From Candidatus Aenigmatarchaeota archaeon (GTDB lineage Archaea; Aenigmatarchaeota; Aenigmatarchaeia; JACPZZ01): 64,000 nucleotides of DNA. Below the pieces are notes generated by a model. That model was not told the DNA's origin, did not search any database, and was given only the letters and a program-made list of their open reading frames with translations. The position numbers and the translations under genes were made by a program. Shown here in pieces: positions 54,403 through 64,000 of this stretch. How positions within the stretch are numbered: position 1 is the first letter of the stretch; each line of letters begins with the position of its first letter. The DNA is taken from positions 97,932 to 161,931 of the forward strand of contig JACQNZ010000008.1 of NCBI GenBank assembly GCA_016202815.1, given 5' to 3'.

Positions 54403-56457
54403 TCACAGATCAACCGTGTCGATAATTCGCCCGGACAGGTCAACCATTGCGGATACAAACCTGCTTTTAATTTGGTGTTTTTCTTTTAGTTCACGGATCC
54501 TGTTATGCGTAGCCTGCGCTGTTTTTAGTATCACATCTTCGTATGCGCTCATGACCTCCGAAGGATCGATTCCGTACATTGATACGACCTGTCTGAACAT
54601 CGCTCTTTCTCTCTCATGGATATTCAATATATCCAGGTTGGCGGACATCGATCTGGTAAACAGCCTGAACAGCGTGACATCGTTTGGAATTTGTTTGTCG
54701 ATAACCTTCAACTCTTCTATGGGCTCTGCACACGCACGCCCAAGGTCGGAGAATATCATGGATAACGTTTTATACTTCTCGCCCGCGGAGCGGTGCATTT
54801 CTGTGAACTGTGCCGGTGAAAATCCTGTTACAGCTTCCATCTCAGACGCATCTACGCGCCTCATTCCAGTTGTAATCTCCCTGGCAAATGTCCTTTCTGT
54901 GCCAAAAAGTTTTTTTAACAGGGCGGAACCGAAATAAGCTTCTTTCAGCATGCCCGCTGCCGGGTGGTTGTCTGGTAAGTCTGAATTCAGTGCCCGCACA
55001 AAATTGCGCCTGAAATTGCGGTCGGCTTTGGCATTTCCGACCAGCCGCATCCATTGAACCCAAGTGTCGATTAGTTTCGAGTGGGAGTATCCGAATGCCG
55101 GGGAAAGGTATCTCATGTCATCGGTTTGTATGCACGCCATGGACGAATTGTCATTTGTTCTCGTGTGCTTGAAAGAGGTATTTACATTCCTTGGCAGCAT
55201 CCGGATTCGCCCGCCCAGATCTTCCTGGATGCCTGATATGTACAACGGAACAGCAGCTTTGTAAATTTCGCCTAACAGTTCGTATGACCTGAGCAAACTG
55301 GTTCTCAGACTGGCGGACCTTCTGGAAGGAGCTTGCATTATGCCCGCCGAGGCGTAAGTTCTCTTCGCACGTTCTTCGTTGGTTGTGGTTAAAACCCTTA
55401 TAGGCAACCCATGCACAGGCTTTCCAGTTTCTTCGCCGCGTTCCGCCATTTCCACGAGATCAAAGCCGTAAAAACGCGACCCGACGACTTTGTTTTCTAA
55501 AAGCGGTTCTAACTTTTCCAACAAACGGGCCTTCCATTCCGGCATTTCATCGTGCACTCTTCCCTTTTTTGTTTTTGCCTTCTTTGCGGCAGGTTTATCA
55601 TCGCCAACCTCTCTCATTATTCCGCGCATGTCACGCACGGCGCTCCTGTGCGCATCGACTATTTCGAAATAAGGGCTTCCCCTCCTTGCGTAATCGTCGC
55701 CCATCGTTTTTCGTTCCGTGTCAGCTATGTCCGATGCCCGAACAGCCAGATCGTCCGCGCCTAACGCTCTGGCCATCGCAACAACGTCTTCTGCCAGATC
55801 CGCTGTCGAAACATCTTTTATTTGTTCTGACTTGCGCGAGTTGTGAGTCGGATGTATAGTTTCTCCGCTTAGCCATTTGTAGACCGGTTTAAGTCCTGTA
55901 TATCTCCACGCGCCCGCCTCGGCGGATTTTTCGCGTATGTAAGAAGCCACACCTTTGACCGTATCTTGTGAAAAATCAAGTCTCCATTTGCCCGCATCTT
56001 CGGGCGATATTTCCACCGGCCTGTTTGCCATGTGCTTCTTGAATACATATCCGGGCAGGTTGGCCAGTTCTTCAGGTTTAAACAAATCCGGTCTTTGTGC
56101 GGCAACTGCGGTGTAAAGGTCGGCTCTTAAGCGCGTTGTTTCGTATGTAGTTTTGTCATCGAGAAAACCCTGCTCAACGAAGAACGCGCTTCTGTGTTGC
56201 TGGTAACCGGGATTCTCGCTTTTTAACAGGGATAGTATGTAGGCGGAACTGACCTGCTCCTTTGCTACACCGGCTCCTTCAAGGAATATCGTATCCCTGT
56301 TTGGTTGAAGTTCCGTGATGTATGCGTTCCTTCTTTCGCCGTCCCTTTCGACGAGCAACGTCGTGACTAAGCCCGTGTCCGGGTCGATCAACGGCATCGT
56401 GGTAGAGCCCCACTGGTGTGTTAACCTGTAAACATTAGGCCTGTTTTGCGTTGTCAT
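54403..56457 (-). CDS. Large hypothetical protein (684 aa)
   Basis: Long uninterrupted ORF with upstream TATA-like box; no family recognised. Confidence 0.8.
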   Translation of the reverse strand: MTTQNRPNVYRLTHQWGSTTMPLIDPDTGLVTTLLVERDGERRNAYITELQPNRDTIFLEGAGVAKEQVSSAYILSLLKSENPGYQQHRSAFFVEQGFLDDKTTYETTRLRADLYTAVAAQRPDLFKPEELANLPGYVFKKHMANRPVEISPEDAGKWRLDFSQDTVKGVASYIREKSAEAGAWRYTGLKPVYKWLSGETIHPTHNSRKSEQIKDVSTADLAEDVVAMARALGADDLAVRASDIADTERKTMGDDYARRGSPYFEIVDAHRSAVRDMRGIMREVGDDKPAAKKAKTKKGRVHDEMPEWKARLLEKLEPLLENKVVGSRFYGFDLVEMAERGEETGKPVHGLPIRVLTTTNEERAKRTYASAGIMQAPSRRSASLRTSLLRSYELLGEIYKAAVPLYISGIQEDLGGRIRMLPRNVNTSFKHTRTNDNSSMACIQTDDMRYLSPAFGYSHSKLIDTWVQWMRLVGNAKADRNFRRNFVRALNSDLPDNHPAAGMLKEAYFGSALLKKLFGTERTFAREITTGMRRVDASEMEAVTGFSPAQFTEMHRSAGEKYKTLSMIFSDLGRACAEPIEELKVIDKQIPNDVTLFRLFTRSMSANLDILNIHERERAMFRQVVSMYGIDPSEVMSAYEDVILKTAQATHNRIRELKEKHQIKSRFVSAMVDLSGRIIDTVDL

Positions 56458-56478
56458 GAACTCAAGAGAACAAAGCAG

Positions 56479-57843
56479 CTATTTAAGTTCGGCGCCCCTT
56501 TTAAGGGCTTTTCGTATTGTTTCCGGATCCGCCGACCCTTTCGTTATTTTCATGACCTGCCCTACAAGATACTCGAAAGCTTCTTTCCTGCCTGTCTTGT
56601 AGTCGTTGACAGCCTTTTCGTTTTTGTCCAGTATTTCCTTTACTATTGTGTTCAAGTCGCCGAATTCCAAAAGCCCCAGGTTTTCGATTATTTTTGCCGG
56701 TTCTTCAGGGCGCAAAACCATCTCGCGCAGCGTCAATTCTGCCGCGCGCTCCGTTATTTTCTGCCTTTCAACAAGTTTCAGCAGCGAAGCGAGCTGCTTC
56801 TCGGTGATCTTGGAATCGCGCAGCGTCATGCTGTTGTAATTCAGGGTCTTTTTTAATTGTCCTACAAACCAGTTCGACGCAATGACAGGGTCAACGGTTT
56901 TTGCCACGTTCTCAAAAACATCGGCCGTGTAAGGGTCCGAAACCATATTTTCCGCGTTTTGCCCGGACAATTGATACTGCTTGACGAATCTTTTCGCCTT
57001 TGATTGAGGCAATTCCGGCAATGTTTCTTTGGTCTTTTCGGCCAGCTCTTTTTTTATCAGCAATGGGGGTATGTCCGGATCCGGCATGTGACGGTAATCT
57101 TCTTCCGTTTCCTTTTTTCGCGACGGCGACGTCAAAATCATCTTTTCGTCAAAATGTCGCGTCTCACGATCAACAATTAAACCGCGCCTTAGCAAATCCT
57201 CCTGCCTTGTTATTTCAAACGCTAACGCCTTCTCTACATTGCGGAACGAATTGATGTTTTTAATCTCGACTTTGCTCCCGTTGTTTAATGAAATATTCGC
57301 GTCTATTCTCATCGTCCCTTCCTCTTTTTTAGTAACGTCCAGGTAGGCTAACACCGAAGCTAACTTTTCCAGCCATTCTCTCGCATGCTGCGGCGAGTCG
57401 AACACAGGCTCTGTCGTTATCTCGATCAGCGGTGTTCCGGAACGGTTTAAGTCAACGAATCCTTCGCGAAGGAAAAATCTTCCGGGATCCTCTTCCAGGT
57501 GGACTTCATGTATCTGGACATTGTTTAATTCGCCTTCGGTGCCTATCGGTTCCGATGTGCGCTGGTAACCGCTCGGCAAATCCGGATAGATGTAATGCTT
57601 CCTGCGTATTTGCACGGGTCTATTGGTGACTATTTTGCAGTTCAAGGCCATTGCAATCTTTATCACAGCGTTGACGGCTTTTTCATTTACCCCAAAAGGC
57701 TTCGAGCCCGGCTGTCCTGTGCACACGGGGCATATCGATTTGTTCGGTTCCGCCTCGCGATAGTCTGTCGGGCATGCACAAAACAATTTCGATTTCGTAT
57801 CAAGCTGCTCGTGTATTTCCAGGCCAATTTTGACGCCTTTCAT
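56479..57843 (-). CDS. gatB: Asp/Glu-tRNA amidotransferase subunit B
   Basis: IGLEIHEQL.TKSKLFC, HLEEDPG, NRSGTPLIEI, EIKNINS. Confidence 0.96.
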   Translation of the reverse strand: MKGVKIGLEIHEQLDTKSKLFCACPTDYREAEPNKSICPVCTGQPGSKPFGVNEKAVNAVIKIAMALNCKIVTNRPVQIRRKHYIYPDLPSGYQRTSEPIGTEGELNNVQIHEVHLEEDPGRFFLREGFVDLNRSGTPLIEITTEPVFDSPQHAREWLEKLASVLAYLDVTKKEEGTMRIDANISLNNGSKVEIKNINSFRNVEKALAFEITRQEDLLRRGLIVDRETRHFDEKMILTSPSRKKETEEDYRHMPDPDIPPLLIKKELAEKTKETLPELPQSKAKRFVKQYQLSGQNAENMVSDPYTADVFENVAKTVDPVIASNWFVGQLKKTLNYNSMTLRDSKITEKQLASLLKLVERQKITERAAELTLREMVLRPEEPAKIIENLGLLEFGDLNTIVKEILDKNEKAVNDYKTGRKEAFEYLVGQVMKITKGSADPETIRKALKRGAELK

Positions 57844-59189
57844 TTTGACGCCCTCTCGTAAGCAGCGGCAGCGAAAAGGATTTTTCCGTCGCTGCCTGTG
57901 TCGGCGTGCAGCTGCATCCCGACCGGCATCCCTTTTACTTCCAGCGGTACCGAAGCGGCTGGCAGTCCTGACAAATTGGCTGAAACGGTCAGTATGTCTG
58001 ACAAATACATCTCAACCGGATCTTTGATTTTATCTCCAAGCTTGAACGCTGTGAAAGGCATCGTAGGCCCGGCCAACAGGTCGCATTTTTTGAGGGCAGC
58101 CCGCATTTCATGCCTGATCGACTCGCGCGCCTTTAACGCCGTCGAATACCACTTTCCGCGGAATTCTTTCATGGTTATGTAAGTTCCCAGCAGGATCCTG
58201 CGCTTAACCTCTTCGCCCAGCGAACTGCGGCTTTCTGCGACGGTATCGTTTAAATCTTTCCCTTCTTTGCGGAAGCCGTACTTCAAACCGTCGAATTTCT
58301 GCATTGCCGAAGAAAACTCTGCAAACATGTTCAGGTAATAGGCAGGAACGGCTATCGGGGTTTTCGGGACAGAAACGTCGACGATCTTTGCGCCTTCGCT
58401 TTTTAAAATTTCCACCCCGTCTCGCACGTTTTTTTCAACGTTGTGGTCGCAGCCGTCGAAAAACTCCCCGACAACGCCGATTTTTATTCCTGTTATTTTC
58501 TGTTTGGCAAATTTTGTGTAGTCTTCTTTTGTCTTTATAGCCGTGTTATCCATTCCGTCGCTTCCATTGATCACAGACAGTACCAGCGCCGCATCGGAAA
58601 CGGTTTTCGTTATCGGGCCGATCTGGTCCAGGCTCATCGCCATATCAACCAACCCGTATCGGGACACGGTCCCGTAAGTTGGTTTAAAACCTAACACGCC
58701 GCAGAACGAAGACGGGCAACGAATCGAACCGCCCGTATCCGAGCCTAATGAAACGTCGCACAAGCCTGCTGCGACAACCGCGGCCGAACCGGACGACGAG
58801 CCGCCGGGCACGCGCTTCTCGTCCGACGGATTTAGTGTCGCGCCGAAATAACTCGTTTCGCCGGACGCGCCGCACGCAAATTCGTCCATGTTCGTTTTTC
58901 CTATTATCAGGCCGTCTTCCGCGATTATGCGTTTAACAACGGTCGCGTCGTACGGGGAAACGTAGTTTTCAAGCATCTTCGACGCGCACGTTAACCGCAT
59001 GCCGGAAACGGCTATGTTGTCCTTTATCGCGAGCACGTAACCGGCCAGCCTGCCGGCCGCGTTAGTGTCAATTTTGCGCTGTATTTTTTCCGCGTCTTTC
59101 TCGGCGTTTTTGTTTATTGATATGAACGCGTTTAATTTGCTTTTCGGGATTTTTTCCAAATAGCGGCTAACCTTTTCGTTCAGCTTCAT
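57840..59189 (-). CDS. gatA: Asp/Glu-tRNA amidotransferase subunit A
   Basis: IKDNI, GKTNMDEF, PGGSSSGS, GSDTGGSIR. Confidence 0.96.
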   Translation of the reverse strand: MKLNEKVSRYLEKIPKSKLNAFISINKNAEKDAEKIQRKIDTNAAGRLAGYVLAIKDNIAVSGMRLTCASKMLENYVSPYDATVVKRIIAEDGLIIGKTNMDEFACGASGETSYFGATLNPSDEKRVPGGSSSGSAAVVAAGLCDVSLGSDTGGSIRCPSSFCGVLGFKPTYGTVSRYGLVDMAMSLDQIGPITKTVSDAALVLSVINGSDGMDNTAIKTKEDYTKFAKQKITGIKIGVVGEFFDGCDHNVEKNVRDGVEILKSEGAKIVDVSVPKTPIAVPAYYLNMFAEFSSAMQKFDGLKYGFRKEGKDLNDTVAESRSSLGEEVKRRILLGTYITMKEFRGKWYSTALKARESIRHEMRAALKKCDLLAGPTMPFTAFKLGDKIKDPVEMYLSDILTVSANLSGLPAASVPLEVKGMPVGMQLHADTGSDGKILFAAAAYERASK

Positions 59190-59458
59190 TTGGACCCCTT
59201 CGGCACTTTGTACAGGTTATTTTCTTTATTTGGCGCATTGTCCATGATTTTTTCCGCGACAGCGTTATCCAGTTGCGTCCCGTCTTTTCGCAAAATAGCG
59301 GCCTTTTCTTCGGCGTCGCCTTCGCCGAATTTTTCCTTGTGCAGCTTCGAAAACTGCTCAAGTATGCCGTCGAAGTCCTTTGAGAAATCGGATATTTCTT
59401 CGTCGGTCAGGTTTAGCCTCGCCACTTCGGCAACCTTCTTGATGGTGGGTTTGTCCAT
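59186..59458 (-). CDS. gatC: Asp/Glu-tRNA amidotransferase subunit C
   Basis: VAEVARLNL, LRKD, NAP..KVP. Confidence 0.92.
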   Translation of the reverse strand: MDKPTIKKVAEVARLNLTDEEISDFSKDFDGILEQFSKLHKEKFGEGDAEEKAAILRKDGTQLDNAVAEKIMDNAPNKENNLYKVPKGSK

Positions 59459-59587
59459 GGAATCAATAGAATATTTCTTGGGTGGAAGTTAAATAGAATC
59501 GGGTTAGTTTGCTCTGTACAGCCCCTGTAAAAAGCGCGTCCGGGGTAGTTGCGCAACCGTGTAGGAAAAGCAAAACAGTTCAGAATC

Positions 59588-60346
59588 TCAGCACTTCTTC
59601 AATTGCCCGGGCCTCGGCTCGTAGCATGTCCCTTCCTCGAGCAAATCGCTGACAGCCTTGTCAAAAGTTTTTTCGTCAGCGCCCGCCTTTGACAACAGCT
59701 CCGCGTATGTGACGCCGTCGCCTTTGTCCAGTTCGGTTATGATATTTAATACGGCCTTTTTTGCTTCCTCTTTCAGGTCTTTTTTCTCTTCAGCCGCTGC
59801 CGGGGCGGAAAGATGTTCGAGCAGCGATTCCGCGTCCTCCTGGTTCATCTCGCCTTTGACAACGTCCATCACTTTTCCCGGCTCATTGTTTTTAATGGCA
59901 GCCGAAATTATTTCATTTTTGCGCTTCCATCCCATGTACTGCTTGATTAATTCCAGCCGCCTCAGGGACTCAAAATTGGGGTCTGTTATTTTTATCACAA
60001 TCTCAGGGGCGATGTAAATTTCATCGTTGTACATGCGCACTTTGCCTATTACATCCGCGGAATCGCCCAAATTGACGTTGTCGAAGAATTTCGTCGAGCC
60101 GAACGACTTGGCCCGCATTGTCTCCGTGCCGTCGTCAAGCGTTACAGACGCGAAATTTTTGTCCTCTGAAACGAACTTGCTGACGACCGTTGCCATGATC
60201 CGCGCGCGCGATACTTTCATCCCGAACGGGGTTAATATGTATCCCGGTGTCATCCCTTCCGCGGGCTTGTACCTTCCGTTGACTACGTCAGTTATCCTGG
60301 CCTTTTTCGCAGTCATCCTTTTTTTCGTTTCCGTCATCGCTGTCAT
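59588..60346 (-). CDS. RPA2/RPA32-like OB-fold ssDNA-binding protein with C-terminal wH
   Basis: SRARIMATVV, LDDGTE, VIGK, GTCYEPRPG. Confidence 0.85.
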   Translation of the reverse strand: MTAMTETKKRMTAKKARITDVVNGRYKPAEGMTPGYILTPFGMKVSRARIMATVVSKFVSEDKNFASVTLDDGTETMRAKSFGSTKFFDNVNLGDSADVIGKVRMYNDEIYIAPEIVIKITDPNFESLRRLELIKQYMGWKRKNEIISAAIKNNEPGKVMDVVKGEMNQEDAESLLEHLSAPAAAEEKKDLKEEAKKAVLNIITELDKGDGVTYAELLSKAGADEKTFDKAVSDLLEEGTCYEPRPGQLKKC

Positions 60347-60404
60347 TTATTTTCTTCTCCCTTAAGGACATAGGAAATCGACATTTCCTGTGCACGATGC
60401 AAGT

Positions 60405-60488
60405 CGTTGTCTTCTTGATTAAACTTCTTTCTAAGAAGTTTAAAAGCGTTGTCTTCTTGATTAAACTTCTTTCTAAGAAGTTTAAAAG
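60405..60488. repeat. Exact 42-bp tandem duplication containing an 11-bp hairpin
   Basis: CGTTGTCTTCTTGATTAAACTTCTTTCTAAGAAGTTTAAAAG twice; stem TTAAACTTCTT/AAGAAGTTTAA. Confidence 0.9.
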
Positions 60489-60495
60489 AAGAGGC

Positions 60496-62508
60496 TTATA
60501 CTTTTTGTAGATGTTTGTATTTCGGCTCCATCAGCTGTCCTTCGCGCTTGAGGCGTTCAATAACTTCCATGGCGTCTGTTTCATTTATACCTTCATTTCC
60601 AGCCGCGGCCAGGACATCTTCAACGGGTATGATCTTGCCTACCTCCTTCGTTAAGGCGTCTACGATGTCTAAGATCATCAGTATCTTGTTACGTTGGCTG
60701 GACGAAGTGCCGCTTTCTATTTTGTCTATGTCGATAAGGCCCGTGTCCTTGTCCAGGCCAAGCTGCTGCAGTGATGTTTGTAAAAGTTTGATTGCGCGGT
60801 GCGCATCATCCTCTGTGACAACAGGAGACAGCCGTATCTTCGCCGAAGCTTCGGTCAGCCTTATCAGCGCTTCGTATTGCCTCGGCGTTATCGATATCGG
60901 CCCGCGCTGCACGTATTTGGACCGCGTGTCGATGTAGAATTTCTTGATTATCTCGCCCACGTCCAGGGTCATCTTTGGGAAGCAGTTCTTTCTTGCATAC
61001 GCTATGTATTTGCGCAAAAACATCGGGTCTAATATCGGTTCTGCCGGGGCGTAATTGTCTTCCACCCTGCTCCTCATTATATGTTCTGCCATCTTGGCGT
61101 CCTTCTCCTTGTCCGGAACGTCGAACAGCGCGAATTTCAGGTCGAAACGAGATAAAAGCGTTTCCGGAACCGTTACCTGGTCCGCAATGCCTTTCATGAA
61201 ATCAAACCTTCCGAACTTCGGGTTGGCCGCGGCCAGTATCGCGGTTTGTGCGGGCAGCGTCGCAATGATCGATGCTTTCGCCACAGATACAGATTGTTGC
61301 TCCATCGCTTCGTGGAGCGCAACCTGGTCGTTCTCGTGCATCTTTTCAAACTCGTCTATGCTGCACAACCCTTTGTTTGAGAGGACGATCGCGCCCGCTT
61401 CCAAAACCCAGCCGCCTGAAAATTGTTCGTCCTTCATCACGCTTGCCGTTAGGCCAACCGCGCTCGCCCCCTTGCCCGAAACATATTTTCCGCGGTTCGC
61501 GATCCTTGAAACAAGCTTCAGCAGCTGGCTTTTGCCTGTGCTCGGCTCTCCGATAAGGAGTATGTGTATGTCGCCGCGCACCCTTGTGCTGTCTTTCATT
61601 GTGTGCGGGACGCCGCTGAATAGCTGGTACGCGATCGCTTCCTTGATTTCGCGCAGGCCGTACGTCGACGTTGCAACGGAATCGACGATCTTTTCATAGA
61701 TGTTCGGGTCCTTCGAAAGCTCGATTATTTTTTGTTCGTCTTCGGGCGTTATTTTCAAATCCGACGCTTCGATTTCCGTTGTTTCAACATGATTCGCTGC
61801 CAGCAGTATGTCTAACTGTACAGACCGTTTTCCTTTTTGTGTGACTTTCGTAACTTCTTTCAGCACGCCGGTTATTCTCAGCCTGTTTCCGGCGTCCGTT
61901 TTCGGCCTCATCGCAGGCGACGTCAAATCATCGCGCAAATAGACGTTTAACTGCGAGGGCTTCTCGCCCTCTGTCATTTCAAACGGTTCTTCGATCTGTA
62001 TCCAGCGCGTGTCCACAAGTTTCTTGTCAAACAGCTCGAAGCGTCCCTTGTACCCGCAGTCGCAGCTGACAGGCTTCTTCATCGTCCTTTCGTTCTGCTC
62101 GAGGAAAATCCTTGTGCTGCATTGCGGGCACGTCCAGATAGTAGTCGCAATCTCGGGGAGAATTTCGGAAGACCGTCGCACCGTGCCTTCAACTGAAACG
62201 AACTGCCCGATGTGTTGCGACCGCAGATGGCGTATTGATATGCAAGCGAACTCCGGTAAATTGCGGAAGCGGAACTTGATTTCGACCGTGTCCGGGAGAT
62301 CGATTTCTTTCACGGCATTTTCAAAAATTTTCAGCGTGTCTTCCGGCTGGTACAATAATTTTTCAGACAACGGCGTGTCAAACTCGTCAAGGACTTTGAA
62401 GTCCATTTCCAGAAAAGGCTTGCCGTCGCGCACAGCCTCTAGCAGGCCCTGGTAGTATTTCTCCCTGAGAAAGTTGACGAATTTCTTGACAATTTCTTCC
62501 TTTTCCAT
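60496..62508 (-). CDS. mcm: MCM replicative helicase (no intein)
   Basis: GEPSTGKSQ, IDEFEKM, AAANP, LLSRFD, Zn finger. Confidence 0.97.
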   Translation of the reverse strand: MEKEEIVKKFVNFLREKYYQGLLEAVRDGKPFLEMDFKVLDEFDTPLSEKLLYQPEDTLKIFENAVKEIDLPDTVEIKFRFRNLPEFACISIRHLRSQHIGQFVSVEGTVRRSSEILPEIATTIWTCPQCSTRIFLEQNERTMKKPVSCDCGYKGRFELFDKKLVDTRWIQIEEPFEMTEGEKPSQLNVYLRDDLTSPAMRPKTDAGNRLRITGVLKEVTKVTQKGKRSVQLDILLAANHVETTEIEASDLKITPEDEQKIIELSKDPNIYEKIVDSVATSTYGLREIKEAIAYQLFSGVPHTMKDSTRVRGDIHILLIGEPSTGKSQLLKLVSRIANRGKYVSGKGASAVGLTASVMKDEQFSGGWVLEAGAIVLSNKGLCSIDEFEKMHENDQVALHEAMEQQSVSVAKASIIATLPAQTAILAAANPKFGRFDFMKGIADQVTVPETLLSRFDLKFALFDVPDKEKDAKMAEHIMRSRVEDNYAPAEPILDPMFLRKYIAYARKNCFPKMTLDVGEIIKKFYIDTRSKYVQRGPISITPRQYEALIRLTEASAKIRLSPVVTEDDAHRAIKLLQTSLQQLGLDKDTGLIDIDKIESGTSSSQRNKILMILDIVDALTKEVGKIIPVEDVLAAAGNEGINETDAMEVIERLKREGQLMEPKYKHLQKV

Positions 62509-62730
62509 CAGATCACCCTGATTGCGTATCACCCCGGTTATTTTCGAATCAGGGTGATTTGCCAAACATCTTTTAAAAACTATATCACAACTACGGCTGC
62601 TGTATATATACCGTGATGGTGGGTAACCCTCCTTTGTTTCGATTGATCCAATGGAAAGATGACAAAAAGAGCTTATTAGACGTTCGGAACCGGCTTTCCG
62701 ATAAAAATTAAGATCTGATGGAATTGGGAT

Positions 62731-63279
62731 TTACTTTATTGCCTTGATCGATTTTAACTTCTCGTGCAGTTTCTTGACAGCCTTGTTGACATCGCTTATT
62801 GTGCGGCCGCCTGTGCAGACTATCTTGCCCGACCCGAACAGAAGGAAAGCGACGCGCGGGTCGCTCATCCTGTAGACCAGTCCAGGAAACTGCTCCGGTT
62901 CGTATTCTGCGTTTTCCAGCGAGAACGCGATGTCGTCAAGGTTCAACTCGTCGTGTATCTTAGCCGACGCGACTATATTTTCGACCTGCGTCGTGTAACC
63001 CGGCGGAACCTTGATAGAGGCGGAACGTATCATTTCGACAACCTTTGCTATGGCTTTTTGGGCAAGTTCCGGCGAACGCGCCCCTGTGCATACGATCTTT
63101 CCGGAGCTGAAAATCAGGGCCGCGGCCTTCGGGTCTTTTAAACGGTAGACTAAACCAGGGAACTGCTCGGGCTCGTATTCCGTCCCCTCCAAAAAACCCA
63201 CGATCTTGTCAAGCGGTATCTTCGCGTTTAACGTCGCAGAAGCGACTACATTCTCGATCTTGATGTCAAAATTAGCCAT
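62731..63279 (-). CDS. tbp: TATA-binding protein
   Basis: Two repeats of ENVVAS..EYEPEQFPGLVYR..FSSGKIVCTG. Confidence 0.98.
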   Translation of the reverse strand: MANFDIKIENVVASATLNAKIPLDKIVGFLEGTEYEPEQFPGLVYRLKDPKAAALIFSSGKIVCTGARSPELAQKAIAKVVEMIRSASIKVPPGYTTQVENIVASAKIHDELNLDDIAFSLENAEYEPEQFPGLVYRMSDPRVAFLLFGSGKIVCTGGRTISDVNKAVKKLHEKLKSIKAIK

Positions 63280-63377
63280 TTTTGGATCGCTAAATGATAT
63301 TCAAAAAACGATTATAAATACCTTACGCAAAGCATAAAAATTGTCTTTATAAGGAAAAATTAATCATTGAAGAGTGG

Positions 63378-63521
63378 TTAATCTTCCGTCTCTTCCACTT
63401 CTTCGGCAGGCTCTGGAGCGTCTTCTACAACGCCAGCGCACGCGCGGCAGACTATGCGGCCCTTGCTGACTGCGTCTTCGCCCGGCTCGATTTCAGCGCT
63501 GCACATTTCACAAAACACCAT
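63378..63521 (-). CDS. Small zinc-finger protein (47 aa) with acidic tail
   Basis: Manual translation MVFCEMCSAEIEPGEDAVSKGRIVCRACAGVVEDAPEPAEEVEETED; SD-like AGGT upstream. Confidence 0.65.
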   Translation of the reverse strand: MVFCEMCSAEIEPGEDAVSKGRIVCRACAGVVEDAPEPAEEVEETED

Positions 63522-63563
63522 AATTATAACCTACTTTTTTTTCGGCAGTTATGTTTAAATTCT

Positions 63564-64000
63564 TTATTGTCGGACTCCCTGGACAAAGCCTTTTCGCAAA
63601 AGGTAGGCGTCATAATCTGCCCTGTGCGGCGAGATAGTTCTCCATGGAAAACAACTATAATCGTCCCTGATAGCCCAGAAGTCCGGAGCCTTCCTGTGGA
63701 ATGTTTTTTCGCCCGTTTCCATGAAATTCAGCACAGCTGTCATTACCCGGCCGCAACCTTGTTCTTCAATGTATGACCGCCCGACATTTGCCGTGCGCCC
63801 GCTGTCAAAGACATCGTCTACTAAAAGAACGCTCCGATTTCCACGGACTTTGGATGACATCCGGCCCACCAAAATAGGAGGACTGTAACCGAAACTTCGT
63901 TTTATCTCAATGAAATCTACAGGCATACCGAGCGCATCCGCCATTTCCAGGGCTGGTAACGCACCGTCATTTAATATTCCCACAACGAGATCTGGGCGAA
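63564..64000 (-). CDS. Type I phosphoribosyltransferase (5' end outside window)
   Basis: PRPP loop VLLVDDVFDSGRT; PDF, FPW. Confidence 0.85.
   Translation of the reverse strand, partial: RPDLVVGILNDGALPALEMADALGMPVDFIEIKRSFGYSPPILVGRMSSKVRGNRSVLLVDDVFDSGRTANVGRSYIEEQGCGRVMTAVLNFMETGEKTFHRKAPDFWAIRDDYSCFPWRTISPHRADYDAYLLRKGFVQGVRQ

Noticed and set aside
60405-60488. CRISPR mini-array
   Set aside because: The two units are directly adjacent, with no unique spacer.
60496-62508. Intein in MCM
   Set aside because: Normal length with contiguous Walker motifs.

Overview
Archaeal chromosomal segment, shown by TBP, MCM, TFS, RpoL/RpoN, rpl18e-rpl13-rps9, class I LysRS, Dph2 and intron-containing tRNAs. 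The compact, shuffled gene order suggests a DPANN-type lineage (inference). Most of it is housekeeping: PolX, GatABC, a riboflavin cluster, MinD, and a giant surface protein with a PGF-pre-PGF partner. Main highlights: (1) a tightly coupled wHTH / Asp-Glu racemase / TyrRS-like operon (37399-39209) whose third gene keeps the tyrosine-pocket motifs but has lost HIGH and KMSKS, making it a candidate tRNA-dependent (CDPS-like) D-amino-acid peptide system; (2) a 470-aa LAGLIDADG intein inside myo-inositol-1-phosphate synthase; (3) a nested palindromic array with ~20-bp period at ~46.0-46.15 kb, with a second, covarying copy at ~8.7 kb; (4) a SepF-like/coiled-coil fusion coupled to MinD; (5) a tRNA-Pro-anchored islet bounded by 31-bp direct repeats; (6) two free-standing LAGLIDADG genes; (7) three intron-containing tRNAs, two with D-loop introns; (8) several small genes missing from the ORF track, including a Bd0055/DUF1931-type histone. 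All family calls come from motif recognition by eye; no searches were run.
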